From IMG/VR virus record IMGVR_UViG_3300032236_000747, positions 62,001 through 126,000 of that record: a stretch of DNA of 64,000 nucleotides; one strand, written 5' to 3'. Of this stretch, positions 14,433 through 23,963 are shown one piece after another. Below the pieces are notes generated by a model. The model saw only the letters and a program-made list of their open reading frames with translations. It was not told the DNA's origin and did not search any database. A program made the position numbers and the translations under genes. How positions within the stretch are numbered: the first letter of the stretch is position 1; the number at the start of each line of letters is the position of its first letter.

Positions 14433-17102
14433 ATGAGTTACGTAGATGCAATCTGGGATCGTGACAACGATCTCGTCAAAGTAGTAGAACGTGATCCTAA
14501 AAAGGGTCGCATATATACAGATTTTCCAGCTAGATATGTTTTTTACTATCCAGACCCTAAAGGAAAATATCATTCAATCCACGGCGAAAGCCTGTCAAGA
14601 GTTGTTTGTAAGAACAACAAAGAATTCCAAAAAGAACTAAGAATACACAGCGGTGTTCGTTTATTTGAAAGCGACATCAAACCTGTGTTCCGATGTCTGG
14701 AAGAAAACTATCTAGGTAAAGATGCTCCAAAACTAAATGTAGCATTTTTCGATATTGAAGTGGACTTTGATCCCGAAAGAGGTTACGCAAGTCCAGACGA
14801 TCCATTTATGCCTATTACCGCTATCGCTGTTTACCTACAGTGGATGGAAACTATGGTATGTCTAGCAATGCCCCCAAAGACAATGACTATGGAACAGGCG
14901 CAAGAAGCAGTCAAAGAGTTTCCTAATACATATTTGTTTACCAGTGAAGCAGAAATGTTAGATACCTTTTTAAATCTTCTAGATGATGCCGATGTTATCA
15001 GTGGTTGGAACTCAGAAGGCTTCGACGTTCCGTATACCGTTAACCGTGTTACCAAGGTTCTAAGTAAAGAAGATACTCGTAGGTTCTGTTTGTGGAATCA
15101 AATGCCAAAGAAACGCGAATATGAGAAGTTCGGAAAACAAGCAGAAACATATGACTTTGTTGGACGAGTACACGTTGACAGTCTAGAGCTATATCGAAAG
15201 TACACATACGAAGAACGACACAGTTACAGACTCGATGCTATTGCCGAATACGAGCTAGGCGAACATAAGACACAATACGAAGGCACACTTGATCAGTTAT
15301 ACAACAACGACTTCCGTAAGTTTATTGAATATAACAGACAAGACTGTATGCTATTAGATAAACTAGATAAGAAGTTAAAGTTCATTGACCTTGCTTCAAC
15401 TGTTGCTCACGAAAACACAGTATTAATACAAACTACAATGGGTGCTGTAGCCGTTACAGAACAAGCTATTATTAATGAAGCACATCATAGAGGGTTTATT
15501 GTTCCTTCTAGAAAGAATCGTGATGATTTAACTGACACACAAGCTGCAGGGGCATATGTTGCTTACCCAAAGAAAGGCCTACATGACTGGGTTGGCTCGC
15601 TAGATATCAACTCATTGTATCCAAGTGTTATTCGTGCACTAAACATGGGTCCAGAAACTATCATAGGACAGTTACGTCAAGACTATACCAAGGCTGAGAT
15701 TGATGCTAAGATGGCAAAAGGTTCTTCATTTGCCGCAGCATGGGAAGGTAAGTTCGGTAGTAACGAATATGAGTTTGTTATGTCTAAGGATATTGCCAAT
15801 GATATCATCATCGACTGGGAAGGCGGCCAAACTGACGTACTAAGCGGCGCTCAGATCTACGATGTGATCTTCGAAAGCAACCAACCTTGGATGTTAAGTG
15901 CTAACGGAACTATCTTTACCTATGAAAAAGAAGGCATCATTCCTGGATTACTAAAGCGTTGGTATAGTGAGCGCAAGGAAATGCAGGCCAAACTCAAAGA
16001 AGCAATCAAAGCGGAGAATAAAATTGAAGAAGAATACTGGGACAAAAGACAACTCGTCAAGAAAATTAACCTTAATAGCCTTTATGGTGCTATTCTTAAC
16101 GCTGGGTGCCGCTTCTTCGATAATCGTATCGGACAGTCAACAACCCTCACAGGTAGACGTATTGCTCGCCATATGGCCGCAAAAGTAAATGAAGTAATCA
16201 CAGGAGATTATAATCACATAGGCAAAGCTATTATCTATGGAGATACTGACTCAGCATACTTCACCGCTTACACAAGTCTACGCAAAGAAATCGAAAAGAA
16301 GGAAATCCCTTGGAACAAGGAAAGTGTCATACAGTTATATGATTCTATAGCAGACGAAGTTAACAGCACATTCCCGCAACTAATGTTAAGTGATTTTCAT
16401 TGTCCTAAGAGTCGTGGCGAAGTTATCAAAGCAGGTCGTGAAATTGTAGGCAGTAAGGCATTGTTTATTACTAAGAAACGATATGCTGTACTATTCTATG
16501 ACAAGGAAGGTAAGCGTAAAGACAAAGATGGTAAGCCAGGTGAAATCAAAGCCATGGGACTAGATTTGAAACGCAGTGATACTCCTGAGTTTATGCAGAA
16601 CTTCTTAAGCGAAATCCTAAATAAAGTCTTAACAGGTAGTGAAGAAGCAGAGATCCTAGATATGATCAGCGAATTCCGCACAGAGTTTAAGAATAGGCCA
16701 GGCTGGGAAAAGGGTAGTCCAAAGCGTGCTAATAACATTGCAGAGTATCAATCTAAGGAAGCCAAGCAAGGTAAGGCTAATATGCCCGGACACGTTCGTG
16801 CTAGTATTAACTGGAATACACTCAAGCGTATGAACAATGACAAATACAGTCAACAGATTGTAGACGGTATGAAAGTTATTGTTTGTAAGATGAAAGATAA
16901 TCCACTTGGATATACTAGTATCGCTTATCCAGTAGACGAAATGCGTTTGCCACAATGGTTCAAGGATCTACCGTTTGATCATATGGAAATGGAAGCTACT
17001 ATTATTAACAACAAGGTCGAAAACCTTATCGGTGTACTAGAATGGGATTTATCTTCTACTACACAAAACAATACATTCGGAAGTTTATTCAGTTTTGAAT
17101 AA
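14433..17102 (+). CDS. polB: Family B DNA polymerase (T4 gp43-like)
   Basis: ExoI FFDIEVD, ExoII GWNSEGFDVPY, ExoIII YNRQD; Pol A SLDINSLYPS, Pol B KINLNSLYG, Pol C YGDTDS, and KKRYA. Confidence 0.96.
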   Translation: MSYVDAIWDRDNDLVKVVERDPKKGRIYTDFPARYVFYYPDPKGKYHSIHGESLSRVVCKNNKEFQKELRIHSGVRLFESDIKPVFRCLEENYLGKDAPKLNVAFFDIEVDFDPERGYASPDDPFMPITAIAVYLQWMETMVCLAMPPKTMTMEQAQEAVKEFPNTYLFTSEAEMLDTFLNLLDDADVISGWNSEGFDVPYTVNRVTKVLSKEDTRRFCLWNQMPKKREYEKFGKQAETYDFVGRVHVDSLELYRKYTYEERHSYRLDAIAEYELGEHKTQYEGTLDQLYNNDFRKFIEYNRQDCMLLDKLDKKLKFIDLASTVAHENTVLIQTTMGAVAVTEQAIINEAHHRGFIVPSRKNRDDLTDTQAAGAYVAYPKKGLHDWVGSLDINSLYPSVIRALNMGPETIIGQLRQDYTKAEIDAKMAKGSSFAAAWEGKFGSNEYEFVMSKDIANDIIIDWEGGQTDVLSGAQIYDVIFESNQPWMLSANGTIFTYEKEGIIPGLLKRWYSERKEMQAKLKEAIKAENKIEEEYWDKRQLVKKINLNSLYGAILNAGCRFFDNRIGQSTTLTGRRIARHMAAKVNEVITGDYNHIGKAIIYGDTDSAYFTAYTSLRKEIEKKEIPWNKESVIQLYDSIADEVNSTFPQLMLSDFHCPKSRGEVIKAGREIVGSKALFITKKRYAVLFYDKEGKRKDKDGKPGEIKAMGLDLKRSDTPEFMQNFLSEILNKVLTGSEEAEILDMISEFRTEFKNRPGWEKGSPKRANNIAEYQSKEAKQGKANMPGHVRASINWNTLKRMNNDKYSQQIVDGMKVIVCKMKDNPLGYTSIAYPVDEMRLPQWFKDLPFDHMEMEATIINNKVENLIGVLEWDLSSTTQNNTFGSLFSFE

Positions 17103-17109
17103 AAAACTG

Positions 17110-17141
17110 TTGACTTTTTACAACAGAACAACTAATATAAT
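17110..17141 (+). promoter_or_regulatory. Possible sigma70 promoter upstream of the clamp gene
   Basis: TTGACT at 17110, with TAATAT at 17-nt spacing or TATAAT at 20-nt spacing. Confidence 0.35.
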
Positions 17142-17156
17142 ACAAAGGAAATTATT

Positions 17157-17891
17157 ATGCAGGACTTATTAAAGGATATCGTTGGACATACACAAAATCT
17201 AGGATTTTTAAATATCGTTAAGATTTCAGGTACAACTAAAGGAATCAATATTGATTCAATGGCTGATGACAGATCAGTTATTATGATGGCCGAAACAGCC
17301 AAGCCATACGAGGATATGCAAGGTGTATTTGGTATGCCTCAACTTAACAAGCTCAAGTTCTTGTTAGAGTGTTCTGAATATAAAGAAAATGCTAAGATTG
17401 AAGTTGTCAGTGCTGAAAGAAATGGTGAAGTTTTACCAGTAGGTTTACACTTTGAAAATGCAGGCGGCGACTTTAAGAATGATTATCGTTTTATGAATAC
17501 AGAAGTCATTAACGAGAAACTTAAAACAGTTAAGTTTAAAGGTGTTACATGGCACGTAGAAGTTGACCCAAGCCTACAAGCGATTCAGCGTTTTGCTTTA
17601 CAGGCAGCGGCTAACAATGAACACACAACATTCTTAGCAAAGACTGATGGTTCTAATCTTAAGTTTATCTTTGGAGATCAAGCAAGCCATGGTGGTGAAT
17701 TTATTTTTGCTACTAATGTAACAGGTAGCCTAAATAAAGCATGGACTTGGCCAGTTGCCAGTGTATTAGGTATCTTAAAAATTGCTGATGTAGGTAATGC
17801 CAAAGTTAGTTTTAGTAATGACGGCGCTATGCAAGTTACATTAGACACGGGCATTGCTGTTTACAAATATATTATTCCAGCACAAGCATGA
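17157..17891 (+). CDS. Sliding clamp (T4 gp45-like)
   Basis: 244 aa directly downstream of polB; alternating alpha/beta two-domain pattern ending in YKYIIPA, typical of phage clamps. Confidence 0.7.
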   Translation: MQDLLKDIVGHTQNLGFLNIVKISGTTKGINIDSMADDRSVIMMAETAKPYEDMQGVFGMPQLNKLKFLLECSEYKENAKIEVVSAERNGEVLPVGLHFENAGGDFKNDYRFMNTEVINEKLKTVKFKGVTWHVEVDPSLQAIQRFALQAAANNEHTTFLAKTDGSNLKFIFGDQASHGGEFIFATNVTGSLNKAWTWPVASVLGILKIADVGNAKVSFSNDGAMQVTLDTGIAVYKYIIPAQA

Positions 17892-18274
17892 TAAAAGGCA
17901 TAATGGGCGCTAGGGGTGTTAACGTATTGGGCGGTAACACTAGCCTTCAATATGTTAACCAAAACTCTAGTAACCCAATGCAGGGCATGGTACGTGTTTG
18001 GGGTAATGACTTGCAAGTATTTGATGGTAGCGGTTGGCAAAATATTGCTTCAAGCTATGCTACCGTTGAACTTGATTATGAAACTCAACAACTGTTAAAC
18101 TGGGCAAGGAACAAGAAACTTGAAGAAGAAGCATTACTGACATTGCCCACAGATCATCCTGCAATCAAATCTGCTAAACAAAACCTAAATAATGCCAAAG
18201 CAGAAGTAAGCCGCTTAGAAGAACAATTAAAAATAACAGAGATACTAACCAAAGATGAAGAGACCACCAGTTAA
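17888..18274 (+). CDS. Hypothetical protein with a C-terminal coiled coil
   Basis: 128-aa coupled ORF. Confidence 0.55.
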   Translation: MIKGIMGARGVNVLGGNTSLQYVNQNSSNPMQGMVRVWGNDLQVFDGSGWQNIASSYATVELDYETQQLLNWARNKKLEEEALLTLPTDHPAIKSAKQNLNNAKAEVSRLEEQLKITEILTKDEETTS

Positions 18275-19799
18275 CCTAACACCATTACAAAAGGACTACG
18301 CTGTATATCTACCAGCTATTAGTAGTTTCTACAGCACATACGTTGCCAAGCAACGACTAGAAGAGTTTGTACCTAAAACACGTATTCCGCAAGGATTTGA
18401 TCGTGGCATTGAAGGTATGAACTTCCTTAATCCAGAAGAAGGATACTTCTATTACAAATATGGTCTATACTCTGCGGGTCACGCACAGTTAGACTTACAA
18501 AAGAGTATGACACAGGAATCGATGATCCAACAACGTGATCGCGGGAATACTATGATTTTGGGAGATTCCGGTGGATACCAAATTGGTAAGGGCGTTTTAA
18601 AGTTTGATTGGTTAGACTTTGAAGGGGCTTCGGCAAACGCAACTCGTCAAAAGATTCTCGAGTGGTTAGAACTAACCGCTGACTGGTCTATGATGTTAGA
18701 CGTTCCTACTTGGGCCTGTGATCATATTCATAGTCCGAAGACTGGTCTTAAAACTGTCGAAGACTGTTTAGAAAAGACACGCTTTAATAACAAGTACTTC
18801 TTAGATAATAGATTAGGTCAAACTAAGTGGCTTAATGTTTTACAAGGATGGGATTGGGAATCAGCAGAGAACTGGTACCAAGGTGTAAAAGAATTTAGCG
18901 ATCCTAATGGTCCTTACGCAGGCAGAGAAGCCGAAGGGTGGGCATTCGGTGGTGCTAATATGTGTAAAATGGATATTACTCTCAAGCGTCTAATGACTCT
19001 TAGAGAAGATGGTTTGCTAAAGGGCAAAAACTGGATCCACTTCTTGGGTACAGCACAGTTAGATTGGTCATGCTATCTAACTTCAATTCAAAGACAAATC
19101 AGGAAACACATTAATGAAGAACTTACCATATCTTTTGACTGCGCCTCACCGTTTATCGCAACAGCACACGGACTTGTCTACACAAACGCACAACACACGC
19201 CAAAAAGGTGGAGCGTTATTATGGACAAAGCCTTTGACAACAAAGCTCTCGCAGGATCAGATATTCCATTCCCGTTTGAAAGCGAAGTGGGACGTCGCCT
19301 AACTGTTGGTGATATTTGTCATTATGCTCCAGGCATGTTAAACAAGATCAAGAAAGAAGGCAAGACTTCTTGGGATAGTTTTGCCTATGCATTAATGATG
19401 GGTCATAATGTCTACTGTCACATTGTTGCTGTACAGCGTGCTCAACACTTGATGGATATCGAAGTTGCCAGACATAAACCAGATTGGAGACTTTGGGGCC
19501 TAGAGGGCAAGAAAGAAAAAGAACTCAGTGATTGGGTTCCACGTAAGATTTTGTACTTTAACAGATTTGTTGAAGAACTATTTGATACTAAAACCAAAGA
19601 CGAAGCGTTTGCTATGATCGATGCTGCCAGAGATAATGGTTTCCTACGCAGTCTAGAAGGCGCACGTCTACAAGGCGGTAATGCTCAAAACAAGTTTAAT
19701 AGCTTATTTGACGTTGAAGAGACAGCATCCGCAGACGACATCGATTTAGAAAATCCAGAAGATGATGATCTACGTGCTTTGGAAGATTCTTTAACTTGA
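18255..19799 (+). CDS. dpdA: tRNA-guanine transglycosylase-fold protein, probable DNA 7-deazaguanine transglycosylase (DpdA-like)
   Basis: TGT catalytic motifs: ILGDSGGYQIG, MMLDVP, NVLQG, WAFGG, WIHFLG, ISFDCASP and a late HN. It clusters with queD-, folE- and queE-like genes. Confidence 0.78.
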   Translation: MKRPPVNLTPLQKDYAVYLPAISSFYSTYVAKQRLEEFVPKTRIPQGFDRGIEGMNFLNPEEGYFYYKYGLYSAGHAQLDLQKSMTQESMIQQRDRGNTMILGDSGGYQIGKGVLKFDWLDFEGASANATRQKILEWLELTADWSMMLDVPTWACDHIHSPKTGLKTVEDCLEKTRFNNKYFLDNRLGQTKWLNVLQGWDWESAENWYQGVKEFSDPNGPYAGREAEGWAFGGANMCKMDITLKRLMTLREDGLLKGKNWIHFLGTAQLDWSCYLTSIQRQIRKHINEELTISFDCASPFIATAHGLVYTNAQHTPKRWSVIMDKAFDNKALAGSDIPFPFESEVGRRLTVGDICHYAPGMLNKIKKEGKTSWDSFAYALMMGHNVYCHIVAVQRAQHLMDIEVARHKPDWRLWGLEGKKEKELSDWVPRKILYFNRFVEELFDTKTKDEAFAMIDAARDNGFLRSLEGARLQGGNAQNKFNSLFDVEETASADDIDLENPEDDDLRALEDSLT

Positions 19800-19824
19800 C
19801 ATAATATATGTAAATTGTTATAAT
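19796..19824 (+). promoter_or_regulatory. Perfect sigma70 consensus promoter
   Basis: TTGACA-17 nt-TATAAT. Confidence 0.85.
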
Positions 19825-19829
19825 AGTAC

Positions 19830-19994
19830 ATGAAGTATTTTAGAACATGGTGTAGAGAAAAGTGGTTTGAACATAAAGACGAATTAGAATCTTATGGTCA
19901 ACCACTGCCTTACACCGCTGAAGAATATTTCAAAAAATATAAGTTTTGGTTAAAAAGAGAGTTTCTGTTTCAAAGGAAAAATAATGAATCGTGA
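19830..19994 (+). CDS. Small hypothetical protein (54 aa, not in the ORF track)
   Basis: MKYFRTWCREKWFEHKDELESYGQPLPYTAEEYFKKYKFWLKREFLFQRKNNES; fills the gap directly behind the consensus promoter. Confidence 0.55.
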   Translation: MKYFRTWCREKWFEHKDELESYGQPLPYTAEEYFKKYKFWLKREFLFQRKNNES

Positions 19995-20508
19995 TTATAC
20001 TAGCGGAGAATCAGAAAATGCTATTTTCTTTTTCGGTAATGAAGTAGAGCACACTCCCGCATTTGGTATGGATACCTTGTTTGTTACCGGTGTACAAACA
20101 GTAGATGATATCGCTTTTCATTTATCAGGTACTACATATCAAACTAAACATATTTTCTTTGGAGCTAATCATAGCTTTAATCCTCAAAGTCCTCAAGAAT
20201 GGGATAGTTGGGAAAAAATGATTACATATTTCTTAGATAAAGATTACATATGTAGTTTAGATATTCCATTAAGCGCAGTAGAAGAGTTTAATGATGGCGG
20301 ATTAAACGATTACGACAACTTTATTCCGCAAATAAGAGTTCCAGTTCCATATATTAAACTATGGAACTATAACACGATGCTTAAGATCGATGACAAAGAT
20401 TTTAAAGCAACGAACCCCGGCGTGTGGTGTCATAGCCTACACGATTTAAAAGACCGTAGTAAGTTTACTCCTTGGAGTGCTTACGCAAATGATTTAATAT
20501 TGAAATGA
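19984..20508 (+). CDS. Conserved-looking hypothetical protein in the deazaguanine cluster
   Basis: 174 aa, alpha/beta pattern, coupled to the queD-like gene. Confidence 0.6.
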   Translation: MNRDYTSGESENAIFFFGNEVEHTPAFGMDTLFVTGVQTVDDIAFHLSGTTYQTKHIFFGANHSFNPQSPQEWDSWEKMITYFLDKDYICSLDIPLSAVEEFNDGGLNDYDNFIPQIRVPVPYIKLWNYNTMLKIDDKDFKATNPGVWCHSLHDLKDRSKFTPWSAYANDLILK

Positions 20509-20903
20509 ATCAAAAAACAACAATGAGGCAAGACTGGCGACCCCTTAAAATGATTTGGGTTACCTTTCAAAAAGAAGGCATTCACAAATACCCTGCAGCA
20601 CTTACTGATCCTTCATTAAAAACAAATGACGAATACGATGTTAGCTTTTTAGGTTACCCGCATCGTCATACATTCCATTTTAAAGTTTGGATTGCTGTTA
20701 CACACAACGATAGAGATATCGAGTTTATTCAGTTTAAACGCTGGTTGGAAAAACTTTATACAGGTGCACTTCAACTAGACTATAAGAGTTGCGAGATGAT
20801 GTCAGATGAGTTGTATGACGCTATCTCTAGCAGGTATCCAGATCGAGAGATTTGGATTGAGATCTCCGAAGACGGAGAAAATGGTTCACTAATCAAATAT
20901 TAA
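20505..20903 (+). CDS. queD: QueD-like T-fold protein (6-carboxytetrahydropterin synthase family)
   Basis: GYPHRHTFHFKVWI (HxH Zn ligands), DIEFIQFKRWL and KSCEMMS (equivalent of TxEN), plus the gene context. Confidence 0.7.
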   Translation: MNQKTTMRQDWRPLKMIWVTFQKEGIHKYPAALTDPSLKTNDEYDVSFLGYPHRHTFHFKVWIAVTHNDRDIEFIQFKRWLEKLYTGALQLDYKSCEMMSDELYDAISSRYPDREIWIEISEDGENGSLIKY

Positions 20904-20915
20904 GGAAAAACAATA

Positions 20916-21137
20916 ATGGCACAGCCAGCATATATCCAAAAAACTCTTAAAATGAAACCAGAGGTAACAAAGATTTTTGATGACCTCGATGCATGGTTAG
21001 ACCATTGCCGGTTTAACTTACTTCCTTTTAATCCTGCTGATATGTACCGTTCTGCAGACTATCGCAACTTCCAACGTGAGCAAGAATATCTTGAACGTAA
21101 AGCACGTCGCGAGCACAAGGCACGCCAAGGCTATTAA
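20916..21137 (+). CDS. Small hypothetical protein
   Basis: 73 aa with an AAGGA Shine-Dalgarno. Confidence 0.55.
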   Translation: MAQPAYIQKTLKMKPEVTKIFDDLDAWLDHCRFNLLPFNPADMYRSADYRNFQREQEYLERKARREHKARQGY

Positions 21138-22241
21138 ATGGCAAATATCTTTCTAGTTGATTTAGAAAGTGTAGAAACAAGGTACACGGGTCAATGGAAG
21201 ACCCATGTACCTGCTCTTCTTTCAAAGGCAGGACACAATGTTCAAGTTTTATCTGGGCCTGAGGATATTCCTTCAGCCACTACTCCTGGTGCTTTTCTTA
21301 ATTTTGGTGGCACCAATATATACAAGGCTCGACAAGTTGAGCAGATGGGCCGTTTATTTTGTAACGGATCCGTTAAGCCCGGCGATCACTTTATCTTTAC
21401 TGATGCTTGGCACCCTGGCATCATAAACTTAAAGTATATGAGTGAACTACTGAATATTCCAGTAGTTACACATGGCCTTTGGCATGCTGGCAGTTATGAT
21501 CCTCAAGACTTTCTTGGACGTCTTGTAGGAAATAAACCTTGGGTTCGTAAAGCAGAAGCAAGTTTTTATCATGCTTTTGATCACAACTACTTTGCTACAC
21601 AGTTTCATATGAAGTTGTTCTTTGACGAGTTGTTGTTAGGTGGGTTAAAAGAAGAAAATCCATGGTACGAAGATGATCTTGCTGAAATCCTAGGTGGATT
21701 AAATCCTAAGTTTGTATGGACAGGTTGGCCCATGGAATATATGGCCGAAACACTGGCTCCATTTAAAGGTGCACAGAAAAGAGATCTTATTGTGTTTCCG
21801 CATCGTATTGCTCCAGAGAAACAGGTTGAAATCTTTAGAGACCTTGCCACGCACATGCCACAGTTTGAGTTTGTTGTGTGTCAGGATCAACAACTAACCA
21901 AAGACGAATACCATACTTTACTAAGTGAAGCAAAGATTGTGTTTAGTTGTAGCCTACAAGAAACACTAGGCATTGGATGTTACGAAGGTGCGTTAGTTGA
22001 CACTATTCCGCTGGTTCCCGATCGTCTAAGCTATCATGAGATGTACTACGAGAACTTTAAGTATCCAAGCGAATGGACACTAGATTGGGATCATTATATC
22101 GAACATCGTCGAGAACTGTGTCATCACATTTCTCTTATGATGATGAACTATAATCAGTCGATTCCAAAAATAAGAGCACAGGCTGAGGGTTTGTCTAAAT
22201 ACTTCTTTACAGCACAGAACTTATTGGAGATGTTAAAATGA
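21138..22241 (+). CDS. GT-B fold glycosyltransferase (GT1/GT4-like)
   Basis: C-terminal IVFPHRIAPEKQVEIF and SLQETLGIGCYEGALVDTIPLV match the RxxxxK and ExFGxxxxE-like donor-binding motifs. Confidence 0.75.
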   Translation: MANIFLVDLESVETRYTGQWKTHVPALLSKAGHNVQVLSGPEDIPSATTPGAFLNFGGTNIYKARQVEQMGRLFCNGSVKPGDHFIFTDAWHPGIINLKYMSELLNIPVVTHGLWHAGSYDPQDFLGRLVGNKPWVRKAEASFYHAFDHNYFATQFHMKLFFDELLLGGLKEENPWYEDDLAEILGGLNPKFVWTGWPMEYMAETLAPFKGAQKRDLIVFPHRIAPEKQVEIFRDLATHMPQFEFVVCQDQQLTKDEYHTLLSEAKIVFSCSLQETLGIGCYEGALVDTIPLVPDRLSYHEMYYENFKYPSEWTLDWDHYIEHRRELCHHISLMMMNYNQSIPKIRAQAEGLSKYFFTAQNLLEMLK

Positions 22242-23041
22242 ACTGGGGAAGAGCAAAGATTGGTATTATAGGAATCGGATTTGTAGGCGGAGCAATACGA
22301 GATGCAATGGATGGTGTTTGTGAGTTAGTACTTGTGGATCAAGATCCCACTCGCGGATCACATACATATAGAGATTTAAAAGACTGCGAAGCTATCTTTG
22401 TATGTGTACCTAGTCCACAAGGCGAAGACGGTCGCTGTGATACTAGCATTTTAGAAAGTGTGCTAGAGTGTCTACAAGACTTTACTGGTGTTGTTATTAG
22501 TAAATGCACTGCTAGTCCAGAAGTTTACACACAACTAAACGAAAAGTATCCCAATCTAGTTCACGCCCCGGAGTTCCTGGTTGCCGCTACTGCCAGCAAG
22601 GATTATGCAAATGGTAAGTTTGCTTTTATCGGTGGTAAAGTTAAAGCATATAGAGACCAAGCTGTAGAAGTTATCAAGATCGGACAACCCGGTCTTGAAA
22701 TTATTCACCACTGCACTATTGCTGAAGCTGCTATGGCCAAATACACTATTAATACATTTCTTGCTACTAAGGTAGTTTGGATGAATGAGCTGCATCAGCT
22801 TTGTTCTAAAATGGGAATCGATTATAAAAAGGTAGTTGCTATGGCATCTGCCGATCGTCGAATTGGTAGCAGCCATTTGAGTGTACCAGGACCAGACGAG
22901 ACGTTTGGATTCGGTGGTGCGTGTTTCCCAAAAGATACAGCCGCATTACTTAAGATAGCAGAAGATTATGATTCTCAAATGAATGTGTTAGATTCTGCTG
23001 TTAAGAAAAATACAATACTGAGGTTGACGGAGCCTAAATAA
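22238..23041 (+). CDS. UDP-glucose/GDP-mannose dehydrogenase family protein lacking the C-terminal domain
   Basis: Rossmann IGIIGIGFVG, FVCVPSP, ISKCT, PEFL, MAKYTINTFLATK and catalytic GFGGACFPKD; only 267 aa. Confidence 0.85.
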   Translation: MNWGRAKIGIIGIGFVGGAIRDAMDGVCELVLVDQDPTRGSHTYRDLKDCEAIFVCVPSPQGEDGRCDTSILESVLECLQDFTGVVISKCTASPEVYTQLNEKYPNLVHAPEFLVAATASKDYANGKFAFIGGKVKAYRDQAVEVIKIGQPGLEIIHHCTIAEAAMAKYTINTFLATKVVWMNELHQLCSKMGIDYKKVVAMASADRRIGSSHLSVPGPDETFGFGGACFPKDTAALLKIAEDYDSQMNVLDSAVKKNTILRLTEPK

Positions 23042-23086
23042 AAGTGTACTATTAGTACACAGGTCATCCTCGACCTTAACTCGGAG
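23035..23086 (+). promoter_or_regulatory. folE leader: TAAATA, two perfect hairpins and a GGAG Shine-Dalgarno
   Basis: GTGTACT-ATT-AGTACAC (23044-23060) and AGGTC-ATCCTC-GACCT (23061-23076), then GGAG 8 nt before the TTG start. Confidence 0.55.
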
Positions 23087-23094
23087 AATAATAA

Positions 23095-23841
23095 TTGACA
23101 GATAAGAAAGAAACAGCACTAGACGCTATAGCAGGCGATGGTGGCTACCAAGAAGGTACAATGCACAACTATTTGGGCTTTGTAATGAAACGTAACGGTA
23201 AAAGATTCTGGGCCGGAGACAACATCAGTGACTACGTTGATGAAGAGAAAAAAGCACAACTAATCAACGAAGCAACAGAAGCATTTGAAAAAGTCTTAGA
23301 TTGTTTGCTTATTGATCGCGAAAACGATCCTAATAGTAAAGGTACAGCACGCCGCCTTGCTAAAATGTATTTTAATGAAATAATGTCAGGACGTTATGAA
23401 CCGGCACCAGATGCAACAGCATTTCCCAACGACAGCGAAGACAGATACGAAGGTATGCTGGTGGTACGTAGTGAGTTGCGCTCTATGTGCAGTCATCATC
23501 ATCAGCCCGTTAGCGGTGTCGCTTACATTGGCATCATCGCCGCACAAAAACTTATTGGTTTGTCTAAGTATACTCGTATTGCTCAGTGGTGTGCTCGTCG
23601 CGGCACTCTCCAGGAAGAGTTGTGTAACGATATTGCTAGGGAAATAAGCAAAGCAACTGATTCAGAAAACGTAGCAGTATACATTCAAGCTACACATGGA
23701 TGCTGTGAAAATCGCGGCATTATGGCACATAGCTCATTAACTCAAACTACAGTACTACGAGGTTCTTTTAACACAGACCCTGCTACTAAGAAAGAGTTCT
23801 TTGATAACATTAAACTTCAACAAGAGTTTGCTCCGCGATGA
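23095..23841 (+). CDS. folE: GTP cyclohydrolase I
   Basis: GTARRLAKMY, SMCSHHHQP, GLSKYTRI, LQEEL and HGCCENRG are the FolE Zn and substrate motifs. Confidence 0.93.
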   Translation: MTDKKETALDAIAGDGGYQEGTMHNYLGFVMKRNGKRFWAGDNISDYVDEEKKAQLINEATEAFEKVLDCLLIDRENDPNSKGTARRLAKMYFNEIMSGRYEPAPDATAFPNDSEDRYEGMLVVRSELRSMCSHHHQPVSGVAYIGIIAAQKLIGLSKYTRIAQWCARRGTLQEELCNDIAREISKATDSENVAVYIQATHGCCENRGIMAHSSLTQTTVLRGSFNTDPATKKEFFDNIKLQQEFAPR

Positions 23842-23963
23842 TTTATATTACTAACAAGTATGATAGTATAAGAGTACCTTATTCTAAGGACTTGTTAGAA
23901 TGGCTACAACAAACTTATCCACTTTCTCAATATCAAGTAAAGGAACTGCATCATGGCAACTAA
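23838..23963 (+). CDS. Small hypothetical protein (41 aa, not in the ORF track)
   Basis: ATGA-coupled to folE; MIYITNKYDSIRVPYSKDLLEWLQQTYPLSQYQVKELHHGN fills the gap. Confidence 0.4.
   Translation: MIYITNKYDSIRVPYSKDLLEWLQQTYPLSQYQVKELHHGN

Noticed and set aside
18255-19799. Canonical tRNA-modifying Tgt
   Set aside because: It is longer than bacterial Tgt, lacks the CxCxxC Zn motif, and sits between replication and que genes, which favours a DNA-acting DpdA. tRNA activity is not formally excluded.
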